Assembly (NCBI GenBank): GCA_045588365.1
Contig: JAZNEB010000013.1
Span: 128,803-192,802, forward strand
Source of the DNA: Clostridia bacterium
Lineage (GTDB): Bacteria > Bacillota > Clostridia > CAKSNL01 > HGM11501
Direction of reading: 5' to 3'
Length of the DNA stretch: 64,000 nt
The translations under genes were made by a program, and so were the position numbers. Under the pieces are notes generated by a model. The model was not told where the DNA came from, made no database searches, and was given only the letters and a program-made list of their open reading frames with translations. Below, piece after piece: positions 16,935 to 25,223 of this stretch (within the stretch, counting starts at the first letter, position 1; the number at the start of each line of letters is the position of its first letter).

Positions 16935-17887
16935 TAAAAAGAGCAAAAGAGCTCATTAAAAGCGGTGAAGTAGATAGAGTCCTCGGCTGGAAAATGGGGG
17001 ATTTAGGCTATAACCCCGAACCTTATATGTTTGAAAGTGAAGAGGCTCTTGACAGTTTTTTATATGACGGATTTTCTGGAGCAAACCTCAGCAAATTTAT
17101 GATAGAGGCATCCAAAAAAGAGGGTAAGACTTTGGTTTTCTTAAAGCCCTGCGATACCTACAGCTTTAATCAGCTTATAAAAGAAAACAGAGTTATAAGA
17201 GAAAAAGCTTATATCATAGGTGTAGGCTGCAAAGGAAAACTCGACATTGAAAAAATAAAAGCCAAGGGAATTACAGGCATTACTAAAGTAGAGGGATGCG
17301 AAGAATTCTCGGAAAATGATGAACTTAAAATCACCACTCTTTACGGCGAGGAAAAAGCATCTTATAAAGAAAACCTTTTGGGAAGATGCTATATGTGTAA
17401 AGGAAAAGAGCACAGAATTTATGAAGAAGTAATAGGAGAGAGCATGGATACCAAGACTTCAGAGAGATTTTCTGAAGTTGAAAAAATCGAAGCCATGACT
17501 CCCGAAGAAAGATTTGCGTTTTTCAAAAGCGAGCTTTCTAAGTGTATCCGCTGTAACGCCTGCAGAAATGTGTGCCCTGCCTGCTCTTGCAGAAAGTGTG
17601 TATTCGATTCTGAAAAGTTTGATTCATCACAGAAAGCAAATTCCGATTCCTTTGAAGAAAAGATGTTCCATATAATAAGATCTTTCCATGTGGCCGGAAG
17701 ATGCACAGACTGCGGAGAATGCAGTCGTGTATGCCCCCAGGGAATTCCCTTATATCTTTTCAACAAGAAGTTTATTAAAGATATTGACACCTACTATGGT
17801 GAATATAACGCAGGTGAAAACATTGAAGATGAAGCTCCTTTAACAAGCTTTACCTTTGATGATTTAGAGCCGGGGGAAAGGAGATAA
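16922..17887 (+). CDS. 4Fe-4S dicluster protein, FlxC-like
   Basis: CIRCNACRNVCPAC and CTDCGECSRVCP motifs in the C-terminal half. It overlaps the mvhD-like stop. Confidence 0.5.
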   Translation: MQRLIKRAKELIKSGEVDRVLGWKMGDLGYNPEPYMFESEEALDSFLYDGFSGANLSKFMIEASKKEGKTLVFLKPCDTYSFNQLIKENRVIREKAYIIGVGCKGKLDIEKIKAKGITGITKVEGCEEFSENDELKITTLYGEEKASYKENLLGRCYMCKGKEHRIYEEVIGESMDTKTSERFSEVEKIEAMTPEERFAFFKSELSKCIRCNACRNVCPACSCRKCVFDSEKFDSSQKANSDSFEEKMFHIIRSFHVAGRCTDCGECSRVCPQGIPLYLFNKKFIKDIDTYYGEYNAGENIEDEAPLTSFTFDDLEPGERR

Positions 17888-17891
17888 AGCT

Positions 17892-18920
17892 ATGAAAAAG
17901 ACGAATAAAAGTAATCTTTCCAAAATTTTCGCATTTATAAGCGAAAAAGAAGAGCTTTATGTTCCTTCTAAAATCGGAAGCGGAACTAATTTCGCTCTCT
18001 TTCAGGATGAAGTTTCGGTAGATTTGGAGACCCTTAAGACAGTTAAGTCTCCTAAGGATATATTCTTCCCTCAGTGTGAAAATTTATACTCCTGCACCAA
18101 AGAAGAGGGCAAAATGAAAATCACTCCCGAGGACCTTAAAGCCCGTGATTTCGTGGTTTTCGGTATGCGTGGTTGCGACCTTAAGGGAATGGAGGTTTTA
18201 GATAAGGTTTTCTTATCTGAGCCCGTTGACTCTTTCTATGCATCAAGAAGGAGCCACGGAACCATCGTTACTTTAGCTTGTGCAAAGCCTTCCGAATCCT
18301 GCTTCTGCTCTGTTTTCGGAATTGATGCGGCGGCACCTTCAGGTGATGTGGAAGCATTTATGATAGAAGATGAAATCTTCTTTGATGCAAAGAGCAAAAA
18401 GGGTGAAGAGCTCTTAGCTTTAATAGCTGAGTTTTTGGAAGATGCAGATGAAAATAAGGTAGAAAAAGAAAAGGAAAAAATCCGTGAAATTATAAAAAAG
18501 CTTCCCTATGCAAATCTTTCTTTAGAGGGATGGAACGGGGACGCTACAGAGGAAAAGTTTGATTCTCCTATTTGGGAAGAACTTTACAAGGGCTGTCTTG
18601 CCTGCGGAACCTGTACTTTTTCCTGCCCTACCTGTCAGTGCTATGACATAAAGGACTATGATACGGGAAAAGGCGTTATGCGTTACCGCTGCTGGGACTC
18701 CTGTATGTATTCTGACTTTACTATGATGGCTCACGGCAATAACAGAACAAGTCAGATGCAGCGTTTCCGTCAGAGATTTATGCATAAGCTGGTGTATTTC
18801 CCGAAAAACAACGACGGAATGTACTCCTGCGTAGGCTGCGGAAGATGTGTTGACAGATGTCCTTCCTCACTTAATATAGTGAAGGTAATAAAAGCTTTCG
18901 GAAAGGACGGTAATAAGTAA
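17892..18920 (+). CDS. 4Fe-4S protein, FlxB / AsrA / sulfhydrogenase-beta-like
   Basis: CLACGTCTFSCPTC and CVGCGRCVDRCP motifs. Length and layout resemble AsrA. Confidence 0.6.
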   Translation: MKKTNKSNLSKIFAFISEKEELYVPSKIGSGTNFALFQDEVSVDLETLKTVKSPKDIFFPQCENLYSCTKEEGKMKITPEDLKARDFVVFGMRGCDLKGMEVLDKVFLSEPVDSFYASRRSHGTIVTLACAKPSESCFCSVFGIDAAAPSGDVEAFMIEDEIFFDAKSKKGEELLALIAEFLEDADENKVEKEKEKIREIIKKLPYANLSLEGWNGDATEEKFDSPIWEELYKGCLACGTCTFSCPTCQCYDIKDYDTGKGVMRYRCWDSCMYSDFTMMAHGNNRTSQMQRFRQRFMHKLVYFPKNNDGMYSCVGCGRCVDRCPSSLNIVKVIKAFGKDGNK

Positions 18921-19774
18921 TGTGCGAATGTAACTGCCATGATAAATATTATGAGGATGTTTTAATTCCGAAGGTTGGAATCATAACCGATATAAAGGAG
19001 CAGACTCCCGATGTTAAAACCTTCAGGGTAAATGCTCCGGGCGGCGGAAAGCTCTTTGAGCATAAGAGCGGTCAGTGTGCCATGGTGTGCGCTCCGGGTG
19101 TAGGAGAGGGTATGTTTTCCATAACAAGCTCTCCCACAAATACCGAATATCAGGAATTCAGCATTAAAAAATGCGGAAAATTAACAGATTATCTTCACTC
19201 CCTTTCTGTAGGCAGTGAAATTGCTGTAAGAGGCCCCTACGGAAATCATTTCCCCGTGGACAGCGAATTAAAGGGGAAAGACCTTCTCTTTATAGCAGGC
19301 GGTATAGGTTTTGCCCCCTTACGTTCGGTTATAAATTATGTCTTTGATAAAAGAGAAGACTACGGCAAGGTTGATATTTTATACGGTTCCAGAAGTAAAG
19401 AGGACTTGGTTGGTCTTGACGAGATAGAAAACGTATGGAAAAATAAGAAGGATACAAATGTGTACCTTACCATTGACCGTGAGCAGGAAAACTGGGACGG
19501 ACACGTGGGCTTTGTTCCCTCTTATCTTAAGGAAATCGGCTTTGACAACAATAAAACCGTTTTGGTTTGCGGACCTCCCATTATGATTAAATTTGTTCTT
19601 CAGGCTTTAATTGAACTGGGTTTTTCGAAAGAGCAGGTTTATACAACATTGGAGCTTCGTATGAAATGCGGAGTAGGAAAATGCGGAAGATGCAACATTG
19701 GTTCAAAGTATGTTTGTAAAGACGGACCCGTATTTCGTTGCGACGAAATTGACGAGTTACCCGATGAATATTGA
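18920..19774 (+). CDS. FAD/NAD(P)H-binding 2Fe-2S oxidoreductase, FlxA / AsrB / PyrK / sulfhydrogenase-gamma-like
   Basis: Ferredoxin-reductase fold (FSITSSP, LFIAGGIGFAPL, VLVCGPPIM) plus C-terminal CGVGKCGRC. The start overlaps the preceding stop (TAATG). Confidence 0.7.
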   Translation: MCECNCHDKYYEDVLIPKVGIITDIKEQTPDVKTFRVNAPGGGKLFEHKSGQCAMVCAPGVGEGMFSITSSPTNTEYQEFSIKKCGKLTDYLHSLSVGSEIAVRGPYGNHFPVDSELKGKDLLFIAGGIGFAPLRSVINYVFDKREDYGKVDILYGSRSKEDLVGLDEIENVWKNKKDTNVYLTIDREQENWDGHVGFVPSYLKEIGFDNNKTVLVCGPPIMIKFVLQALIELGFSKEQVYTTLELRMKCGVGKCGRCNIGSKYVCKDGPVFRCDEIDELPDEY

Positions 19775-19789
19775 TAAGGAGGTCATATA

Positions 19790-20464
19790 ATGGAAAACAT
19801 GGTAAATATATATTTATACGGCAAAAAATACTCTGTACCTTCAGAACTTACCATTATGACTGCTATGGAGTATGCAGGCTATACCTTAAAGAGAGGTTGC
19901 GGCTGCCGCCACGGTTTTTGCGGAGCTTGTGCCACAATTTACCGTATAAAAGGACAAAATGAATTAAAGACCTGTCTTGCCTGTCAGACACAGGTTCAGG
20001 AGGGAATGTATATAGCAAGCATTCCGTTCTTCCCCACGGACAAGAGAACTTACAGCATAGATGAAATCCGTCCCGATGCAAAGGTTATGATGGAGCTTTA
20101 TCCTGAAATATACAGCTGTATCGGATGTAACGCCTGCACAAAGGCTTGCACCCAGAGTCTTAACGTTATGCAGTATATTGCTTATGCACAGAGAGGCGAC
20201 TTTGAAAAGTGTGCAGAGGAGTCCTTTGACTGTGTAGGCTGCGGCTGCTGTTCTGTTCGTTGCCCTGCAGGTATTTCTCATCCAATGGTGGGACTTTTAT
20301 CAAGAAGACTTACAGGTAAATATATCGCTCCCGAATGTGAGCATCTTGAAGAAAGAGTTGAAGAGGTTAATAAGGGCGAATTTGATGAGCTTATTGAAAA
20401 GATTATGCAAAAGCCCATAACAGAGATGAAAGAGCTTTACAACTCAAGAGATATCGAGAAATAA
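19790..20464 (+). CDS. SdhB/FrdB-like iron-sulfur subunit (2Fe-2S plus two cubane sites)
   Basis: N-terminal CGCRHGFCGAC ... C, then CIGCNACTKAC and CVGCGCCSVRCP. AGGAGG RBS. Confidence 0.65.
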   Translation: MENMVNIYLYGKKYSVPSELTIMTAMEYAGYTLKRGCGCRHGFCGACATIYRIKGQNELKTCLACQTQVQEGMYIASIPFFPTDKRTYSIDEIRPDAKVMMELYPEIYSCIGCNACTKACTQSLNVMQYIAYAQRGDFEKCAEESFDCVGCGCCSVRCPAGISHPMVGLLSRRLTGKYIAPECEHLEERVEEVNKGEFDELIEKIMQKPITEMKELYNSRDIEK

Positions 20465-20475
20465 GGAGGGATAAT

Positions 20476-22068
20476 ATGTTTACAGAAAAAATGCTTGAAT
20501 CAATAAAAAAAGTTGAAGCTACAAGAGAAGAAAGAATGAAGACTGAGCCCAGACGTATGACAGCAGAAGAAAAGGAAGAGCTTCTTAAGGCATATCATCC
20601 CGATTTCAGAGAAGATGGATTTTCTGAAATTAAGATAGGGCCCAATAAGGGAGAAAAAGCGCCCCGCGAACTTTGCGAGCTTTTATCCTCAAACAGCCGT
20701 ATTTTAGGACAGGATATAGACCTTTCAAAGGTTGACTATGACGTTGACGTTCTGGTTATAGGCGGCGGCGGTGCAGGCTCTTCGGCGGCAATCGAGGCTA
20801 AAAGAGCGGGAGCAGACGTAATGATAGTTACAAAGCTTCGTATAGGCGACGCCAATACCATGATGGCAGAGGGCGGTATTCAGGCAGCTGACAAGCCTAA
20901 CGACTCTCCCGTTCAGCACTATCTGGATGCTTTCGGCGGTGGTCATTTTGCAGCTCGTCCCGAGCTACTCCGCCGTCTGGTTATGGAAGCTCCCGATGCT
21001 ATCAAGTGGCTCAGCGACCTTGGTGTTATGTTCGATAAGGATAAAGACGGAAATATGGTTACAACCCACGGCGGCGGAACTTCAAGAAAGAGAATGCACG
21101 CAGCCAAGGACTATTCCGGTGCTGAAATCATGAGAACTCTTCGTGATGAAGTTATAAACTTAAAGATTCCCGTAGTGGAATTTACTTCGGCGATAGAGCT
21201 TATAAAAGATGAAAACGGTCTTGTTGCAGGTGCGGTGCTTCTTAATATGGAAACAGACGAGCTTTTGATAGCAAAGGCTAAAACCGTAATTATAGCAACA
21301 GGCGGTGCGGGAAGACTTCACTATCAGAATTTCCCCACATCAAACCATTACGGAGCAACGGCAGACGGACTTATTTTAGGTTACAGAGCGGGAGCACCCT
21401 TGCTTTATCAGGATACCATTCAGTATCATCCGACGGGTGTTGCATTTCCCTCTCAGATTTTCGGTGCACTGGTAACTGAAAAGGTAAGATCACTTGGTGC
21501 GATGCTTGTAAATAAAGACGGCGAAGCTTATGCTCATCCCTTGGAGACAAGAGACGTTTCCGCTTCTGCAATTATCCGTGAATGTGCAAACGGAAAAGGT
21601 GTTGACACACCTTTGGGCAGCGGCGTATGGCTTGATACTCCCATGATAGAAATTCTCCACGGGGAGGGAACAATCGAGAAGAGAATTCCCGCCATGATGA
21701 GAATGTATTTAAACTACGGTATAGATATGAGAAAAGAACCTATTTTGGTATATCCCACACTTCACTACCAGAACGGTGGTCTTGAAATCGGAGGCGAAGG
21801 CTTTACAAAGACTATTCCTAACCTTCTTGTTGCAGGTGAGGCTGTTGGCGGTATTCACGGAAGAAACAGACTTATGGGTAACTCACTTTTGGATATCATC
21901 GTATTCGGCAGAAATGCAGGTAAGGCTGCAGCTAAGAAAGCGGGAGAGGTAGCACTCGGCAAGATGACACTTTCCCACATTGACGAATATGCAAAAGAGC
22001 TCGAAAAAGCAGGTCTTGATACCGGAAAAGTATCTCCCTTGCTTTTACCTGACTACAAAAGAAAGTGA
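20476..22068 (+). CDS. SdhA/FrdA-family flavoprotein (soluble fumarate-reductase-like; NadB-like not excluded)
   Basis: VIGGGGAGSSAA FAD fold. Dicarboxylate-site motifs QYHPTG, ETRDV, LHYQNGG and HGRNRLMGNSL are present. Asn replaces the covalent-FAD His (ANTMMAEGG). Confidence 0.7.
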   Translation: MFTEKMLESIKKVEATREERMKTEPRRMTAEEKEELLKAYHPDFREDGFSEIKIGPNKGEKAPRELCELLSSNSRILGQDIDLSKVDYDVDVLVIGGGGAGSSAAIEAKRAGADVMIVTKLRIGDANTMMAEGGIQAADKPNDSPVQHYLDAFGGGHFAARPELLRRLVMEAPDAIKWLSDLGVMFDKDKDGNMVTTHGGGTSRKRMHAAKDYSGAEIMRTLRDEVINLKIPVVEFTSAIELIKDENGLVAGAVLLNMETDELLIAKAKTVIIATGGAGRLHYQNFPTSNHYGATADGLILGYRAGAPLLYQDTIQYHPTGVAFPSQIFGALVTEKVRSLGAMLVNKDGEAYAHPLETRDVSASAIIRECANGKGVDTPLGSGVWLDTPMIEILHGEGTIEKRIPAMMRMYLNYGIDMRKEPILVYPTLHYQNGGLEIGGEGFTKTIPNLLVAGEAVGGIHGRNRLMGNSLLDIIVFGRNAGKAAAKKAGEVALGKMTLSHIDEYAKELEKAGLDTGKVSPLLLPDYKRK

Positions 22069-22077
22069 GGCAAGGCA

Positions 22078-23232
22078 ATGGATACACTTATTTCCTGGTT
22101 TACAGAATCAATAATGGGAAATTCCCTTATGATAGCTTTTTTAATTCTGTCTCTTGGCTATATCATAGGCAGCATAAAAATAGCGGGACTTGAGCTTGGA
22201 ACGGCAGGAGTGCTTTTGGTCGCTCTCGTTTTCGGCCATTTCGGATATAGCGTTCCCTCGGTTGTGGGAGATTTGGGACTTATAGCCTTTGTTACATCAG
22301 TTGGCTTTATTGCAGGCCCTAAATTTTTCAGAAATTTCAAGGTAAATGCAAAATCCTATATACTTCTTGGTATAATCATAATCGCCGCAGGAAGCCTTGC
22401 GACTATAGGTGTTATAAAAATATTTAATATTCCTACAGACATTTCCGTGGGTATGATGGCAGGTGCGCTTACAAGCACTCCCGGTCTCGGTGCAGCAATC
22501 GAAGCAACTGGCTCCGACCTTGCATCGGTAGGCTACGGAATAGCATATCCTTTTGGAGTTATCGGCGTTGTGCTTTTTGTTCAGCTCATTCCGAAAATTC
22601 TCAAAATTGACATTGATAAGGAAAAGGAAAAGTTTGAAGCGGCATCCGGCGTGGAAGTAAAGGAAGAAAATAAAAAGCTTTTCTGTCTTGATTCTTTCGG
22701 GTTTGGTGCTTTTGCAATCGCTGTTGTAATTGGAATTATACTTGCGAAAATCACAATTCCTCTGCCCGGCGGAACAAGCTTTGCTCTTGGTACATCAGGC
22801 GGTCCTTTAATAGCAGGTCTTATAATGGGACACTTTGGAAATCTTGGCAGAGTATCCTTGAAGGTAAAGAAAACTGTTCTTGAATCACTTCGTGAATTCG
22901 GTCTTGCACTTTTCTTAATGGGTGCAGGCATAAAGGGCGGAGCAGGCTTTGTTGACACTTTAGCACAGCACGGAGCAATGCTTTTCGTTTACGGTGCGAT
23001 AATTACTCTTGTGCCTATGCTTATCGGATATTTCTTTGCAGCAAAGGTGCTGAAGCTTTCTGTATTCAATAACCTTGGCTCAATATGCGGTGGTATGACA
23101 TCAACACCTGCCCTTGGTACTTTGGTAAAGGTTACAAAAACCGATGACGTGGCATCGGCCTATGCGGCAACCTATCCCGTTGCCCTGGTTTTGGTGGTGC
23201 TTACCTGTCAGTTTATCGGAAAATTCTTATAA
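22078..23232 (+). CDS. AAEx-family (YidE/YbjL/AspT/SucE-like) transporter lacking the central TrkA-C domains
   Basis: Two homologous ~170-aa membrane halves (GLELGTAGVLLVAL... and the second-half repeat) are joined by a short charged linker (DIDKEKEKFEAASGVEVKEENKK). Confidence 0.6.
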   Translation: MDTLISWFTESIMGNSLMIAFLILSLGYIIGSIKIAGLELGTAGVLLVALVFGHFGYSVPSVVGDLGLIAFVTSVGFIAGPKFFRNFKVNAKSYILLGIIIIAAGSLATIGVIKIFNIPTDISVGMMAGALTSTPGLGAAIEATGSDLASVGYGIAYPFGVIGVVLFVQLIPKILKIDIDKEKEKFEAASGVEVKEENKKLFCLDSFGFGAFAIAVVIGIILAKITIPLPGGTSFALGTSGGPLIAGLIMGHFGNLGRVSLKVKKTVLESLREFGLALFLMGAGIKGGAGFVDTLAQHGAMLFVYGAIITLVPMLIGYFFAAKVLKLSVFNNLGSICGGMTSTPALGTLVKVTKTDDVASAYAATYPVALVLVVLTCQFIGKFL

Positions 23233-23247
23233 TAAAGGAGAAACACT

Positions 23248-24090
23248 ATGCGTGAAATAAATGTTGCTCTTATAACGGATGTGGTTGAAAAGCTCTGTAT
23301 TGAAGCAAATAATCATCTTCCCTCCGACGTAAAATGTGCCATCAAAAAGTGCAGAAGTGAGGAAGACGGAGAAATTGCAAAGGGCATTTTGGATAACATC
23401 ATCGAAAATTTTGACATAGCAGATGCAGAAGATGTTCCTGTTTGTCAGGATACAGGTATGGCTTGTGTATTTCTGGAAATCGGTCAGGATGTACACCTTA
23501 CGGGCGGCGACTTAAGGGAAGCCGTTGACGAGGGTGTAAGACGAGGCTACGACAAGGGCTATTTAAGAAAGTCCGTTGTGGCTGACCCCGTGAGACGAGG
23601 TAATACCGGAGATAACACTCCTGCTATGTTATATACCGAAATCGTTCCCGGTGAAAATGTAAAAATCACTGTTGGTCCCAAGGGATTCGGCAGTGAAAAC
23701 ATGAGCATGATAAGAATGTTCAAGCCTTCAGCAGGTCTTCAGGGTATCAAGGACTTTATCCTGGAGGTTGTTGAAACCGCAGGCCCAAATCCCTGCCCTC
23801 CCATGGTAATCGGTGTTGGTATCGGCGGAACCTTTGATAAGTGTGCACTTTTAGCAAAGAAAGCTTTGATGAGAAGCTTAGATTCTGAAAATCCCGATCC
23901 TTACTATGCCGACCTTGAAAAGGAAATGCTCGAAAAGGTTAACAAGCTTGGTATAGGTCCTCAGGGCTTTGGTGGAAAGACCACAGCCATCGGCCTTAAT
24001 ATTGAAACTCTGCCCACACACATTGCGGGAATGCCCTGTGCAGTAAATATAAACTGCCATGTAACCCGTCATAAGTCGGAGGTGATATAA
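23248..24090 (+). CDS. Class I Fe-S hydro-lyase alpha subunit (fumarate hydratase; tartrate dehydratase TtdA-type not excluded)
   Basis: VCQDTGMA motif and the N-terminal-domain layout of two-subunit class I fumarases. Confidence 0.8.
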   Translation: MREINVALITDVVEKLCIEANNHLPSDVKCAIKKCRSEEDGEIAKGILDNIIENFDIADAEDVPVCQDTGMACVFLEIGQDVHLTGGDLREAVDEGVRRGYDKGYLRKSVVADPVRRGNTGDNTPAMLYTEIVPGENVKITVGPKGFGSENMSMIRMFKPSAGLQGIKDFILEVVETAGPNPCPPMVIGVGIGGTFDKCALLAKKALMRSLDSENPDPYYADLEKEMLEKVNKLGIGPQGFGGKTTAIGLNIETLPTHIAGMPCAVNINCHVTRHKSEVI

Positions 24091-24647
24091 TGGAAAAGCA
24101 CATTACTCTTCCTTTAACAAAGGAGCTTGCAAAAACATTAAAAGCAGGGGACAAGGTTTATCTTACAGGAACCATTTATACCTCCCGTGATGCAGGACAT
24201 AAAAGAATGTGCGAAGCACTGGAAAGAGGGGAGAGCCTTCCCTTTGACCCCACCGATGCCACAATCTATTATGTAGGTCCCACTCCTGCAAAGCCAGGAA
24301 AGGTAATCGGCTCTGCAGGTCCTACCACCAGCGGAAGAATGGACGCTTATGCTCCTACAATGATGAAGGTTGGAGCAAGAGGTATGATAGGAAAGGGAGC
24401 TCGTCTTCCCGAAGTAATAGAGGCTATGAAGGAAAATTCAGGCGTTTACTTCGGTGCTATCGGCGGAGCAGGTGCACTTTTAGCCAAGTGCATTAAAAAG
24501 TGCGAGCTTATCGCATATGAAGACCTTGGTGCAGAAGCACTCCGTAAGCTCTATGTTGAAGATATGCCTCTGGTTGTAATTATCGATTCTGAGGGCAATA
24601 ACTTATACGAGCTTGGCAGAAAAGAATATCTGGAAAACAGAAAATAA
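24090..24647 (+). CDS. Class I Fe-S hydro-lyase beta subunit (fumarate hydratase beta)
   Basis: GTIYTSRDAGHKR and GPTTSGRMD motifs. The start overlaps the alpha stop (TAATG). Confidence 0.8.
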   Translation: MEKHITLPLTKELAKTLKAGDKVYLTGTIYTSRDAGHKRMCEALERGESLPFDPTDATIYYVGPTPAKPGKVIGSAGPTTSGRMDAYAPTMMKVGARGMIGKGARLPEVIEAMKENSGVYFGAIGGAGALLAKCIKKCELIAYEDLGAEALRKLYVEDMPLVVIIDSEGNNLYELGRKEYLENRK

Positions 24648-24688
24648 AAAAATGCAGACATACGGCGGTATGTCTGCATTTTTTTTGT
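24645..24688 (+). terminator. Intrinsic terminator ending the 13-gene operon
   Basis: atgcagacata cggcgg tatgtctgcat followed by T8. Confidence 0.8.
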
Positions 24689-24740
24689 GAATGTACGAAG
24701 GCTATATTTAGTTGTCAATAAAATAGTGCCAAAACAAGTA

Positions 24741-24826
24741 CGTCCCCAAGTGGCTTGCCACGTCCCCAAGTGGCTTGCGTCCCCAAGTGGCTTGCCCCTA
24801 TTTGCAAGTGGCTCCCAAGTGGCTTC
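24741..24826. repeat. GC-rich tandem repeat with five copies of the core CAAGTGGCT (three full units CGTCCCCAAGTGGCTTG)
   Basis: Core at 24748, 24768, 24785, 24805 and 24817 (spacings 20, 17, 20, 12). The core is a small imperfect palindrome, CAAG-TGG-CTTG. Confidence 0.9.
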
Positions 24827-24832
24827 AGTGAC

Positions 24833-25213
24833 TCAGCCAAATTCCTTTTCAAATTCGACATCATGTTCTATGTCAGGATGTCCATAATAAAAGTGTCTAA
24901 AAGTATTCTTATAGTCATCATTATCAGGATCATTTTTAATAGCATCTATTTGGTGAAAATAGCTCAACTGTATCATCCCTTCTATATCGTTAAAAAAATT
25001 CAATGATATAAATGCGGCCGCATCTGATAATTTTGATATTAGATTTTTATTATTGCATTTGCAATAATTTATCATTGAAATCAGAAATACATATGATCGT
25101 ATGTCTTCCTCTTGTGCTAGCATATGAATTTCTGTAAGCGAATCATCTAATTTATCTACCAAAATATCAATTTTATTTAAATCACAAGTATTTATTATTT
25201 CAAAACAGTTCAT
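24833..25213 (-). CDS. Putative immunity protein for the RHS C-terminal toxin
   Basis: 126-aa ORF. ATG 25213 lies 6 nt after AGGAGG, and that RBS overlaps the RHS stop region. No signal peptide. The position immediately downstream of the toxin is the canonical immunity slot. Confidence 0.6.
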   Translation of the reverse strand: MNCFEIINTCDLNKIDILVDKLDDSLTEIHMLAQEEDIRSYVFLISMINYCKCNNKNLISKLSDAAAFISLNFFNDIEGMIQLSYFHQIDAIKNDPDNDDYKNTFRHFYYGHPDIEHDVEFEKEFG

Positions 25214-25223
25214 AATACACCTC

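Noticed and set aside
19771-19962. 63-aa ORF overlapping the start of the frdB-like gene in another frame.
   Set aside because: It is out of frame with a well-supported Fe-S protein, lacks an RBS and has a basic, low-complexity composition. It is spurious.
24741-24826. The tandem repeat as a CRISPR array.
   Set aside because: Units are 17-20 nt with essentially no unique spacers, the periods are irregular, and no cas genes or leader are present. This is not CRISPR architecture.
24687-25006. Plus-strand ORFs (66 and 83 aa) running across the tandem repeat.
   Set aside because: Their sequences (repeated PKWLA) are direct translations of the repeat units. They have no RBS and overlap the immunity gene in antisense, so they are artefacts.
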